Source: Tubulanus polymorphus
Taxonomy: Eukaryota > Animalia > Nemertea
Reading direction: 5' to 3'
Assembly: GCF_964204645.1 (NCBI RefSeq)
Contig: NC_134030.1
Location: 4,692,778 to 4,756,777 of the forward strand
DNA length: 64,000 nucleotides
Part shown: piece by piece, positions 46,289 through 60,900 of the stretch
Layout of the letters: each line of letters opens with the position of its first letter
How positions within the stretch are numbered: the stretch's first letter is position 1
Notes under the pieces: model-generated
What the model was told of the DNA's origin: nothing
What the model saw: the letters and a program-made list of their open reading frames with translations, nothing else
Database searches by the model: none
Position numbers and translations under genes: made by a program

Positions 46289-49200
46289 ATTGTACCGACC
46301 GCCATGGGAATTTAGATTTATTTACATACATAAGTTCGATAACTCGTCTCGCCGATGCAATAACGATAATTTGATATAGATCCTGCACTGTCACCGATTG
46401 AGTAAATATGATTCCGATAAACGATATGAGATACAGATTAAGTGTAGATTACTGTATAATTCTTTGATGACGTACGTGTACAAAAACTGCCACAACCATG
46501 AAAGATATAAGCGCAAGTATGACCACTACTTTTCTAGACAACTGAAAAGACATCCTGCTATCACTCTTATTCCTCAGCGTAATGAAATCTGTAAAATGAT
46601 GAGAATGAAAAAGAAATTCCAGCTGTCACCCGAAGTCACAGTCATGTTATTGTCAATCTTAGAGCGTATATAAGTCTACATGTCCCGGCAGTTTCCATTT
46701 CTGATGGTAAACTATAGTAGTTGTTGTTTTATCTATATTGAGACCTTAGATAAAGACACATTATAGAATCAGCTATCATAGAAAATACTGTCAATTCTAA
46801 TACAGGTTTCTCCCTATAACAAACTCTAATAGAATATATACATATCATCTTGTATGAACATATGATATTAAGTATGCCCCCGACCTTCCTTGGTAATAAC
46901 TGTATTTTCAAATCACGTAATGCATTATTATATCATTCTAGTTACTCTGATGATGGAGTTTAGATCCGAAAATCCGAAACTGTCAGACAATAGACGGTTC
47001 GATATGAACTTTGGGTTTTTACGTGTGATTAATATTAGTCTTCAAGTCGCCCGTGCCCGTTTAACTTCAAACAAATATATGTCTTACCTGAATCACGCAG
47101 GTTCTAACAGATAGAGCCACAGGTTTTAACAGATAGGCCATGTATCTACGTCTGATGTCACGTGGTTATTTATCTATTGAAATTCAGTATTGATCATTGC
47201 CTCTGAAACTATACTGGAAAATATGGTGCCGATTCTACAAATGATGTCACATACTTGCATTCTTCTGCAAATATTAGAACACAAGTCATTCTTATATTCA
47301 AAATGTGATGCTAAGATTCATCATTTTCCATTTTTGTGGCATTTAGGGTTCATATGAAATTCCGTGTTGTAATTGATGCTCCAGTCATAAGTCTGACATT
47401 TGATAATGATATTATTGACCTTATTATCGGTAGACAGATTTTATGTCGATACCGGAACACAGATGGATCGGTTCATTCGCGTTCACACACTCATTAACTT
47501 TCGTACCTGGAACTGTCCAATTGGAACGAACCAAATCACAGTGCGCTAAATTGGCAACATGTAGTTATGACTTGCCCCACAAGGTGTCGCCGTGAGTACT
47601 TTAACCCGAGATTCGTTGAGTCCCCTGACTGTTATTCATTCAAAAAACTTTTTATGACAGCAGTTTATCATTATATTTGGACACATCAATCAATTGTGAA
47701 TTCTAGGACATTTTCAAAACAATTAAAAGGGCAACACACACGATAGACATATCTGTTTGCCTACATTCTAAGGCGATGTAGAAATTAAATGTTGTGTGAA
47801 AACTAGAAAACGAGAGTCCATGATTTATCGTTTTAGATTCCATGTTTTATCATAATAGTAAATCTGAGTAGTCATGATAGTCCAGAAGCTTATCAGTATA
47901 GCGCCTTGGACCAACGATGCTTCAACTTAAAGCTTGATAGATTACGATTTTGGACCGGTAAAATAAGTGTTAATGACAGGAAAATACGTAAGGAACTCAC
48001 AATCAAAATCAATTAATTCGAAGTTTCGAGTTATCCATGTCTGAGTTAGGCGAGGTTTACAATAGAATGAATATCTTTGACAGGGTCATTTTCCATTCCG
48101 TCAACCCGATCAAATCATTACGGGGGGAGGGGGGTGCAGCGACGGCCTTTTATCGACTTGACTATAAAGGGGACTGGGAACTGAGCAGACAACAACGGAG
48201 GAAAAATCGATGAACAACGTTGAAAAATTGCTATACAATTTCTTAGAATTTTTTATTTTTACTCTTCATTTAAATAATTACAATATATTTCATTACATTT
48301 ACATACACATATATAGGTCGTGTATATGTATAATTACACACGATTGATAGAACAACACTTACAGCATATACACAATACCAGTTACTATTGTAAACAAAAC
48401 TCGGCTGCTAAGAAAAAACCAATCTCGATGACAACTTCAGCCAAATTAAATAGCAATCTTGTTTATCGATATCTTCAAATCTAAAAACTCGAAGTAATTC
48501 CGAGGTTTATTGTATTTCGATTTAGGCAATGATATCGCCATCTTGAAGTTGCAATCAAAAAACTGAATGCACAAAAATGAAATTAAAGTCTTAATAAAAC
48601 AACATATTAATCAAACACATATCGGATACCGAGTCCCATTTTCAGAGGCAAGTCAAGGCAATTAATTGTTCTATAGTTCTATCAACGCTCGGCAGCTGTA
48701 ATAATATCAATAAAAAACTACATTGTACATACAAAAAGCAAACCATTGTTCACAACCTTTTGTAAAATGAGGTATTTAAAATATTAACGAGGGCAAATAT
48801 ATGTGACTTACATAATCAAAAAAATGTCATCAGGCTATTGCAAAGTGTGGATGAGTTTACTAACGAGCAAAATCTTAAAATTAAGCTTCTTGGTTGGATG
48901 ATAATTGAACGAAGGTTTGGGACCCGACTCTAAAAGAACATGTAGTTGAAAAGTACTAAGAAAAAGGAAAGCAACTTTTAAGGTTATCAAGTAACCAGCT
49001 CAAACACTGCATGAACAAGCAATCATACTACAAAAGTACAAACTAACTTAGGTTAACTTAGTCACTTTCATTCATCCTTCTGACCATAGACTACAGAAGA
49101 ATTCCTCTTCTATGGTCATGTTCTGACTGTTGTGTCATGTTGTTTGAATTTCGGCTTTAATTCAGTATTAACCTTGGGAGTATCATCGATAAAAAAATAA

Positions 49201-49864
49201 TTGATCTGCTAAGGAAACAGGTTGTTCTGTTCATTCACTATCAAGCAGTTATTGTTACATTCAGTGGTAGCAGCATTTTTTTTAGATTTTTATCTATTAC
49301 TTGTATAAACTGTTAAAACTACATTGTGAATATTCTTTCTTTATTTTCTTTATCAATATGTCATTATCATTATGCATTGAATTAAAAATCAACCACTCTC
49401 TGTAAAATGCTTCGAAATGTTCAGCACAGTAAAAAATGATCCAAATAAGAGCCAAAAATCAAGAAAACTGATATCAGTAACTTGGAAACACAGTAAAAAT
49501 AGATATAAATGCAATTGTCAATTACTCTGTAAGTAAGTACAATCATTGTTTTAAAAAGATTATCTATCGGTCAAAGATTCAAATGTAGTGAAATTCGCCC
49601 GATCGCTCTGCGTGCATAAATACAATGCTGAATTCTCTTCAACATTAAAAATGTAGCAACAATAAGTAGATACGAATTTAGAAGATTGCACCAAAAAGTC
49701 AAAATGCAAAGGCCACCCTGCCCTACCCCAACCTTTGTAAGTATCTAAAATCAACTAATGAATTGAATGAGTAATAAATCAATCTCTTAGAAACTAATCT
49801 CATATTATTCAGAATAATTGCCATAAACGTCACTTTCAGATCAAAAATTAGATACAAACACCAG

Positions 49865-50162
49865 GGGCCAGTTGCACAGTCGTGACTTAAGTCCAAAAAG
49901 GGTCTTAAATCTTAAGACTGATCTTAAGTTGTTAGATTGGCTATAGAACTAAGTTGGTCTTAGACTGGTCTTAAGTCTAAGCCATGACTATGCAACCGGC
50001 CCCAGGGCCCAGTTGCACAGTCATGCCTTAAGTCCAAAAGTGGTCTTAAATCTTAAGACTGGTCTTAAATCTTAAGACTGGTCTTAAGTTGTTAGATCGA
50101 GTATAGAACTTAGTTGGTCTTAGACCAGTCTTAAATCGAAGCCATGACTATGCAACTGGCCC
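49865..50162. mobile_element. Head-to-tail dimer of a ~140-160-bp PIF/Harbinger-like MITE
   Basis: Each unit GG(G/C)CCAGTTGCACAGTC...GACTATGCAAC(C/T)GGCCC. CAG sits at the left flank, the junction (50003-05) and the right flank, like a shared 3-bp TSD. Confidence 0.8.
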
Positions 50163-51935
50163 CAGAGTGTTATATCAAAACCAGGGTGATTTCAAAATCG
50201 TATAACTATGAAGTGATTACCGATGCAACATTTAAACTGCAGCCGGACACATAGCTACAGCCAGCATTTATACAGAAACACACTTGACACGTTTACTTGT
50301 ACAGACTAGAATCAAATAATATCACCAACATTTAGATCACTATGTACACTACAGGTGGCAGCACCACTTGATCAGAAAATGTCGACTTACGATGGAAATG
50401 AAACATTTTATGTACACAATTCTTTCTATGATGGTTTAAATGCTCGGTTTTTCTATCAGATATTTCTCCATATACATATATCGTATTAAAGCATTCATTC
50501 GAACCATTCACTCTCAATGTCACATGAACAGTGTTGTTTTTCAGAAAATACGATGCACACCTTATCGTTGCGAAGATATTTCATACCTCCATGAAAAAAA
50601 TAACATACAATTTCTAAATTCATGATTTCATTCGTTGTATAATAAATTACAAATATGTAAATACGATGATTCCGCCCCATAACCTTACTGCAGTGATCAG
50701 CGGTACTCGCATACTGAATATCCAACCACAATTACACTGTAGACAACATCAATTTGTACAATTGTTTTTTAAGTACTGTTTCCGCAGGAGTGCCAACAAG
50801 CTCTGCATTGACTTCAAACTTCCGATCCATATCATGTCAATGTTGTACTTAATTGAAGAGTCGAGCTTTCCCGTCTATGAACCTCTAGAGAGATCTTTTA
50901 TTTACAAATGCTGTTTGCATGCTTGGGATGTACCGGTAGTGTCCTTGTGAAGAGATTGGACTTAATCGTATAGATCATTTACAAATGAATATCAATGTCG
51001 CTTTTTGTTAAAGCTCTGATCGAGACAGGATTACAGCAGTCAAGAGGTTAACAGAGATTCATAGAGATCGCAACGACCAAGATCAAAAATCCAGTCATAG
51101 TAATATAGACATTCAGACCCAACGCCACAGTTGTTGGTTTGGTCTGACTGTAATGTCAGTTCATTTTCAAGTAGTTGTCTGACGGCTGTGGAACTGGATC
51201 CAAAAGAGTTAACAATAGGAAGTCAACGAACAATACAAAGCTATGTGCATGAGCCACCTCTATATGAACATCTACAGCATTTAGTTCTAATGATATATTA
51301 TTATGCACCGACATTGCGCGTAGTAAAAAAAAAGAAGAAACAAGCTTTAAAATCCGATAACAACAAAAATCTTAAAATGCCAACAACATACGCCTTTTTA
51401 TGGATTGTTGAATGATATGTTTAAAAAAAACAACCATCGATCTACACATACATAATATATAAAATATTGTGTACTGAACTTTAACAGCGGACAACTGCAC
51501 ACATACAGTTACCAGCTACAAAGCGAGAGAGATGAGTTACATTTCTTTCAAAGGCCCAATATAAAATTGAAATGCCCTCTCTACATCAGGTTTTAAGATA
51601 CGAGATTCATGTCTTTTTCGATTGCTGCGCAAAAAAATCTGTTCACCACCAGACAATTCAGCGAAGATTGAGATTCATTTCAATGAGTGATCTTTGCGGA
51701 CGCAAAACTGCAGATGTTACGATTCAGTAACCGGTAGTTTGATTGATTGTACCCGGCTGTTATCCGTTGACACTAATTTGCGACGCATATTCATACCAAA
51801 AATCGGACATCGTTTATTTCACTACGGGGGCACCGTGTTTCGATCGCATCGCTAATGGCTGCCTGATCGTCGTACTGAAACACGCGAGCTACATCGACGG
51901 CACACGATATCGACGTCATGCCATCTATAGACTTT

Positions 51936-54900
51936 TCACGGAGTTAAATTGTAATCGCTGTAGTCGTGAACTTGTGGAATATCGGGCATACAAACGACAG
52001 GACTGCGTCTGTGCTGCATGTACGGGTTCTCATTACGCAGCGCGTCTAATGAACGATACGTTAAACTATGATGATCACTGAGACTCATGTGATCCGGAAA
52101 CGGGTTATTATTTTCTAACGTCCCTTCTGAAAAATACAAGAGTAAAAAAAAAACATCAGTGGGGAAACACAAATACTCAATTCATTTTCAATCAAATTAG
52201 AAATGGCACAATCAAGGGGACATAAAATTCTTTTAGGGCCTATCCCTGATCCCTGAAATTCATGGATGGTTGACAGTAGACTCCTCCTTAATCGGTACTG
52301 TTTATCCCGGTACTCCAGTAATTCAGTGGTTTTATAAGCAAACTTTTATCCTAGACACTACTAATTTGTTAACTGTACCGAATTAGGCATAGTCTTATTT
52401 ACCACTTCTGAATATCTAATTGCCTATTTCTTCAAATAAAATGGAAGGAGTTTTAATGAGTTTCAGACATTTCACTCAATTTAAAGGAGTTTCAAGCACC
52501 TTCAATAGCATTTTCCGTTTAGAATGAGTTTTAAGGAATCAAGGAGTTGTAGGGACCCTTTAAAGAATCTTACCATTGCTTCCGTCTGTGTTAGTTGACT
52601 GATCTTTCATCGGAGTACGATCGCGGCTGCCATGACGTTTCTTACGTCGTTTGTGTCGTAAATGCGGCGAATCGAGGTCATTACTGAAGTGGTCGTGCGA
52701 CCCGCTTAGAAAGTTATTCGGTCGCTGATTCGCGTATTGTTCGTGCGACCGCGGTATTTGGTCGTGCGACCGGTAAACGGGTAAATCACCCGGTCTATCG
52801 AGTCGTTCGTTCGAACGGTTCGGTATTTTCGACGGATCAGGCGGCTCCGGTTTAAACGTGCTTCCTCGTATGCGTTGATTCAGCTGTGAGTTGAATGTGT
52901 TGTTATATTCCAAACGATTAATGTCTTCTGTTCATGAAAAAAAGCAAATAAAACCATTTGTTACATGAGAATAGAGAAACAGAAATTGGATTTTCGACTC
53001 CAGGGGTGTTCATTAAGCACATTTGCCAACTGTAGGTCCGGAGATGCTAAGCTGACTTGGAAAGTGGTAGTGAAACGCTCAACAATCTGACCATTTTATG
53101 ACCTCCTACCTAATGTATGCACATACTTATGAGTACCAGGGTACACACACAAACAAAATCATTTTTGTTACTCAAACATACACGTATACCGAGTTATTTC
53201 AACGGTACGATTATTGTTAATTTTTTACAATGTTCTATTACTTTTATTTCAATAGCTACCTATCTATGCAGATCAGTTCTGGGTAGATATTGAAATAAAA
53301 GAGATCATAGCTTTTGATTTTTTTGGTCATAAGCAACAGCTTGCATATATGCTTTAAATGAACACTGCACAAAGAAAAAGATACAAATATAAAGATCAAG
53401 ATCAAGATAAAAATATAATAAAATATGGGTCTAGCGGCTTGAAGCTTCTATATATCTGATTCTGGAAACACTGGATATCAGATCATAGATATAATCCAAT
53501 AGATACTACATGAAGATTGACAACTAAAATAGCGACCTCTACTGGCCCTTACCTGCACTACTATTACCAACTATACTATGATGTTCGTATTGATGGCGAC
53601 GATCTAAACTATTATAAATACCACCGAGATCCTCGCGACGTCCACCATTTAATATTTCTTGTAGACTATGAGCCAAATCACCATTTGACTGAAAATAACC
53701 GTATTGAAGTATTGAGCGCATGAACTGTGCAAAACCCTTCCAGAGGATATCAGCATATCGCATACGTATATCATTGAAAAAACTCTTAATATTGCTCCTG
53801 CATCATAAATATGCCATTATAATCTACCGATAATTGAATGAGGTACTAATCAATGTAAGAAGTAATTGAAACGCAGTAATCCGTTAAAAATATGATTGAG
53901 GAAACAACCAAAACTTTGTGGTCACAATAGACCTTCAATTTCTTAAACTTTTAGTCTTTACAACTGAGGGATTAATCTTAAAATTAATCAATACTCTTTA
54001 ACAACAAGATAAGGAATAAGGCCATGCTCAAAAGGTAGTTAGTTAACTGGTAGACAAATACCATGGTAACAATGCAATTTCGATTGTCACAATGGCATTT
54101 ATCGACTGGTTAACTCTAACCATCTACCTTTGAGCAACTAACCCCAAAATGGCTTCACAAAGTCAATCATGATTCAGTAAACTCCTACCTGTACATTTTG
54201 TATGTTTTCATTCATGAAGGAATGTGTGTCATATTGCGTCATCGGATTCACATTGATGTTCACTTTACTGCCCAACGTGCTGCCACCTAGATACCCGTTA
54301 CAGATACTACCATTAGCGTAATGTCCCGGGCTGCCGATCGGGTTTATATCGCCGTTCAGGGCGTTCAACGCGAATCCGCCGTTCATATATTTCTTACGGA
54401 TGCTATCACTATGAATACGCTGTGACGAATCCTGGAATTTGCTGCGGAAATTTGCGTCCAGCGCTGCAATAAAATGCATCAAATATAATACAGTTGAAAT
54501 AGTTATCCATAAAACAACAAACAGTTTGTATTTTTTTCGCATATCTTTATCTTGATGTTTTTCAATATTCAGTCAAACCTTTCAAGGGAAACGTTCTATA
54601 CAGATTCAGGAGGGGTAAAGAAGGGGTGAGAACATTAAGATACAAAATGTTATGATACAAAATCGCCACTATACTGGAAACTACTGGTTTTGGATCCACG
54701 GTCTGATTCAGGAAGGGGTGTACCCCTAAAATAAGGTATATCATATAATTAAAAGGGCACCGTGGGAAAAATTAATTAAAAAAAACTGAACTAATTTTTG
54801 GAAATACAAAGGACAAGCTAACTTTTTAGGTATCAGTTGGATATTTTTCATTTTCCCATAAAATTTCAGGGCAATCTTTAGGGGGTGCGCACCCCGCACA

Positions 54901-57900
54901 ATCCCCTTGGAAATGCCCCTGAACTAGATGAGACAAAAATCTGTATTTTGTGTGTATTTTTGAGAAACTGTATTTGTTTCTTACCCATCATGCGTCTCTG
55001 TTGACGCTGTTTCCAACCACACATAACCATGAATATGACGAGTAGTAACATCATTACTCCGAGTACAATACCGAGTACCATATACAACAGAGTGCTACTC
55101 GACTGAGTACTCAATTTCCTCTCGACGAAATCATCATCAGTATCCTTGGTCTGTTCAAAAAGAAAATCTTAGTCTCAGAATCTCATTAACTAGCTGAAAA
55201 ACTAACCATCGAAAAAAAGACATTTTTGAGAAATGTACCTTATTATTTTTTACCTTATTCACGATATCAAAAATGTTGATATCTTTAGAAATGTGGCCGT
55301 GACCGTGGCGATTGATTCCAAATGTGTTACTGTGATGATTGTGCGCGTGGTCATGGTGCGATGTGTGGTCATGTTTCGAGTCAACTACTGGGAATAAGCC
55401 TGTTTTTGGTTTGCCATCGACAGCTGAAAAACGCAAACAATCCTAACCCATTAACGCCTCATTCAGGGTTCAATGTCTGATAAGCCGCTATTCTGATAGA
55501 GCATTCAAAAAACACATGGTCCCTACTAAGAAGACCTACTTTTATGACCTTCCCAAATATCTACGTATATATATATAAGTATGAATGTAAATACCTACAG
55601 TATGTTCAATATCATATTGATTGGAAACTTTTCATATTTGAAAAAAGACATCCCCGAAGTAGGGATGCCCTCTTAAAAAAGAAATTAATAATGCAGCTAA
55701 TACCTCCAACATCTTAACTATCATTTTAGAATCAAAACCTATCTGCTCACTTACGTAAAGTACGTTTAACAACTGTATTGCTGAAGTCGCTAGCTCCCGC
55801 CGAGTTGAAACACTTCATTTTGATCTGATATTCCGTATCCGGAAGCAACTGAGACAATACGTGTCGCACGTGTTGACCTCCGAATATTGTACGGCGAATA
55901 TAATCCTCGCCTGAGTCAAACGGGCGATAAAATATCACAAATCCTTCGATAGCCATCGTGTCGATCATTAGATGCTAAAAACATTACAAAAAGCAAGAAT
56001 TAATGTTGAGAAATGGGTGCTTCATTGAAGTGAACATCACACTACAGGGAGATTTCAACATTTTAGTGGTGACTGGTAGATAAAGATGATTTTCAAGAAA
56101 GATTGCTGAAGAAAGGACCCTTTGGGCAAGCAATTGATGACTCAGAACTATTATTCTAGATGGGTACAAAAAATTTTCAATATTTCTGAATATTCTGAAA
56201 ATCTATCAAATTCCCAAAGGAAATTTTGAAATTCCTAAGTTTTTCCAATTTCCTAGTACTGTGGAAAACATCGAGAGAAAGAAATTTGAGTTAATGATTT
56301 CTTTTAGTTCTAACACAAACCTTCCATCGCAGTGCTATTGCTCCTCCTGGTAATGGATTGACCTCAACTATCACTGGCCCAGCTACCGGACGTTTGGGCC
56401 GATGTGCTGGTACTGCTTCCAACATAAACTTGTCAGATTTCGCTCCATCTTTGTTGTCGTTGTTGCTATAAACAGCCACAATGCGGAATCTATACGTATC
56501 ACCTAAACACAGAAAATAATTGTTGAGTACAACACATACAAGATGAAGTCATATCTCTTTTTCTTGAACATTAGAGTTCAATTCAACTAGGAATGTCAAT
56601 GAAATCTCCTGTACCTGGTTTTAACCCTTTCACTTCGTATTTGCGGTGACTATCAGCTATGTCCTCGTCAATTGTGTGCCAAGTCGCTCGTTTTTTCTTC
56701 TTGCGATTTTTATGGATCGTGCGGTATTGAACGCGGAAGAATGCGATCGGCAGACCGTCATTCAGCGGTACGTCCCACTGGAGCATTACCGACGTGTCTG
56801 ATAGTTTACTGACTTCCGGGCGAGATGGTGGAACCATTTTCACTATGAAATAGAATATAAATTATTATGAAGACATATATTCGATATCCTGGACACAGGT
56901 TCAGGTTTTGAGTTGAGATTGTAAACTAGAGTTAGGCAAGAAAACAAGTAGTATAAGTAGGTCAACTGATCTTATCAGAAACCATGAGCTTTCACTATCA
57001 ATGTGTGGTAGCTTCATCAGATGATCAGGTAAATTTCGAATAATATCAACATGACCTACATGTACCGGTACTAATTGTTTTCTCATTAAAATTGATAACC
57101 AGGTTAACATGGCTCATCTTCAAATCTACTCCAGAGGTAGCTAAATGATAATAAACTAATTCTAACCCAACAGCTAATTCACATCTGTGGAACCAGGTTA
57201 CACTGAACTGTACAAAGCATCATATAAACAACAATAATTCGTATTAAGTCTATACACAGTTTCACAATTTTTGATTCACAGTTTTCATTATGAACTGACC
57301 TGGTACAATCGACGATGGATTCTCTACGTCTGCTGCGGTCGGTTCTTCATCGACGTGTATGATCGACGGTCGTCCTCGATTCCGATTTTTCTTGTTCTTT
57401 CGTTTTTTGTTCTTTTTCTTCTTGTTCCGTCGGCGGCCGGCGCCACCTCGGTTACCGCCGCCGGCGTTCTCGCCGAATTTCGCCATCGACGACGACGTAG
57501 GGTCAGAGAGGTCGTAGTCTCCGTCGAGCGATCCCCAATCGTCATCATCGATATCATCGACCTCGTCACCTCGCACAACCTCGTTATTCAACGATGCATC
57601 CGTTTCATCATTATAATCTTCCTCCCCCCAATGATCGGGTAAAATTCTATCATCTTCTTTAACTCTATTATTCACAGACTCATTATTTCCATCATTGAAC
57701 GTTTCTCCATTATCATTCCCTTTATCATTACCGTACTCATAATCAGCATCTTCGTAATCATCCACATTTTTCTCTTTATTATCCTCATAATTATCAGGAA
57801 CCACTGGGTCTGGCTCCTCGACTCCTTCGGGTCGACCTCGTTCGTCGAAATACTCCTTTACAAATTTATTGTCGTCTGACTCTGATTGCTCCTTAGTAGC

Positions 57901-60900
57901 CGGTGCTTTGTAATCGGCTTCGAAGTCAAAATTAGTCGAGGCGTTCTTTTCCGCCACTGGTAACAAACTCTCTTCTATCAATTCTTTGACATCATCAACA
58001 TTTTCATCAGCACCAGAAGGACCAGCAGCCTCATCTACTGTTTCATTCTTATCACTGGCAGCATGATTTATAGACTCAGTAGTTGTTGCAACATCCGTGA
58101 CCTCCTTATTCATATCTGTGACGTGGTGTCTACCAGTCACTTCATCCACTGAAACAATAATAATAATCATAAACATTATAAATGGTAAATTTCCTTCAAA
58201 CTCTGTAAACTGATTTATATTCATCTGCATCTGATATTTTTAGGGTACCTTTCGGAGGCTGAACATCTTCTACTAGTTCATTGTCCTCTTTGTCATTTGT
58301 TTCACTTCCATCATCAACATCTTCCACTTTATCCTCACTTTCAAAATCTTCTTTATCTTCAGCTTCTACCACTGGAGGTTGGGCAGTTACAACATCCTGT
58401 TTTTCATTGTAAGCCTTAACATTTTCAACCTCCTCAGGGATGATGGAATCCTCATTTTCACTGACTGGTAGTGGTGGCGATGATGTTGTTGTAGATGGTT
58501 TTAATGTAGTTGTAGTGGATATAGTGGTAGTAGTCGATGTTGTTGGAGGTTCTGGAGTTGTTGTCGTTGTAACGGGCAGCTTTTCGTCGATGTCCTGGAA
58601 CTGATCTTTAGTCGGTGGAATCTGCGACGGTCCCGTGTTAACGACACCAGCTGGAAATATATACCGAAATGCAAATCTAGAGATGAAACATGAATGGTGA
58701 GGTATCTGAGTTACATAAATACAATATCAGCATCCAGTTGCTCAAAAGTTTGTTAATGAATGGATAAATACCATAGTAGCAATGTTGTATCGAGTACCTG
58801 CTGATGTGTGTAGTAGTATTATAAGTGTGATTGAAGCTCTAAAGGTTTGTATGATTGGCTGTAACAAATCTTGCTAGCTACTGTGATGGTTAGCTCGCTA
58901 TTTAAATCGAAATTAAGGTTGGGGATTGGGGCTTCCATGTAGTAAGAACTTAAGTTTTTTCAGCTATAGTCGGTATAGAGTTAATAATTGGAAAATATCT
59001 GGGTTAGTGAGCAACTTACGTAGTACAATGAGATAAGCAGATGCCGTGGTGAAGCCCATTCTATTGGATGCCAGACAGATGTACTCGCCAGCATCCGTCA
59101 ACTGCCCATTGAATATTTGTAAACTGCCGGTTGGCGATACGTCATGACGTTCATTCAACGCGTAATCGAGCGGAGTACCGTCCTTCAACCAGCTGACCTT
59201 CGATGCAGCATCAGCGATACACAACAGCGTAATTGTTTGACCTTGAACGGAGGTCAAGTTCGACGGCCCCATCGTGATGATCGGCTTTGACACAGCTGAA
59301 AATATCGGATTTCAACATTACATGAAAATAAGAGCAGTATTAGAATAATAGTTATAGTTCAATATCTATCATTTGAAAATTACCCGATTCTGGCTCCAAA
59401 AAACGCCGTGAAAATGAGTCATCAGGAGCTATTGACTGCGGTTTAGTCGTCGGATCTTTATAGCCCCACTTTTTCACTTTCAGTCGAGCAATCGCGAACG
59501 CGTGGCCGATTTTACTCTCAGCAAAACACTGATACAATCCAGCCTCGTCCATGGTCACATCTCTGATCGTCATAGTGGTCGCTAAATGAATGGAAAAAAT
59601 AATCCATGTAATGAATAAAAATTTCAATCTCGATCTAGATATTACGATCGACAGGCTTGTGGTGGGTAAGAGTTGTTTAGTTTAGTTTCATGCAAAATTT
59701 ACCAAATGAACTGGATCCCATAGTATAAGCAATGAGCTTGTTTTAATTGGACTCAGAAGTCAAGGTCTAAAGATTTGCTCAGAATTGAAGTTTAGAGCAG
59801 TTTAGGGTTGATGAGGAGAGTTCCTTGGGAAACTTGGTCAAACGAACTGGATCCCAGAACAAAAAAAAAGAACAACACTGGGAAAACTGCTGGATCAGAA
59901 TTTTAAGCTCCATACATAAGAATAACATGGGTGGTGAGATATCTGAAGAACAACAATGAAAACTCAAATAAACGACATTAATAAATGGCTGCACTAGTGA
60001 TGAAAAGTTAGCAGCAACAGTGATTATTTTCAGGACAAGGTCATATATAAGACACCTGCCTTTTAGAAGATACAATGTATTCCATACTGAAGGCACATCT
60101 ATAGAACACATTAATGGAATTAACACAAAATATGTAAATTGTGATCAAATCAGCTAAAAAGTAAGTGATTCGATACGCTAGGATTGTAAATGAAAGGGGA
60201 ACACATCAACAGTTTACAGCGATATATTCCTTACCATTTATACCAAAATCCATATTCCATGCTGATTTAAGTATGCATAAATATAAAATCATCTTTATAC
60301 AGAATACATGCACCTAAACCAAACATTTTCATTTCAAATTATTTCGCCATCTATTCAATCTAGTTCCAAATTATCATGATTTATTCCATATAAGTTCAAA
60401 ATGCTCTACTGTTTGAATTAAGAAGTTTGTTGTCATCATGCGGGGGCTACAGTAGTAAATTCTTACCGTCAATAGAGATGAGACTGTCGCGATAAAGAGG
60501 TTTCGCGTTATGGAACCAAGAAATACGTGCTCCCGTACGAGCCTCCGGTTCGCATCTAAACGTCACTGAATCGCCTTGCGAAACGACCTGACTCCTCGGC
60601 GCACGTTTTATACTGGGAGGTTCTGTAAAGGAGGGAATAAAGAATGAGGATAAATGCTTATACATGTATACATTAACAATGCTTCCAGTCTGTGAGTATC
60701 AGAATCAGGGGCATTCAAAAAAATATTCCAAGAAATAAAAATTTCTTTTCAGAGACAGAAAACAGTTGCAGAGACGCTGATCAATTTATAACATCATCAC
60801 AAAGATGGCATAATCAGGAGCATCAGAACTCGATGCTTAACTTGTACGCTTACCTAACACCTCTAATATAGTATGGCGCGATGTTGGCGCCCCCTGGAGG

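Noticed and set aside
45678-46394. Arg/Ala/Thr-rich ORFs on both strands
   Set aside because: By-products of the GC-rich palindromic MITE pair.
49865-50162. CRISPR-like array (recurrent ggtcttaa/cttaagact units)
   Set aside because: No unique spacers of constant length, no cas genes, eukaryotic context. Explained as a MITE dimer.
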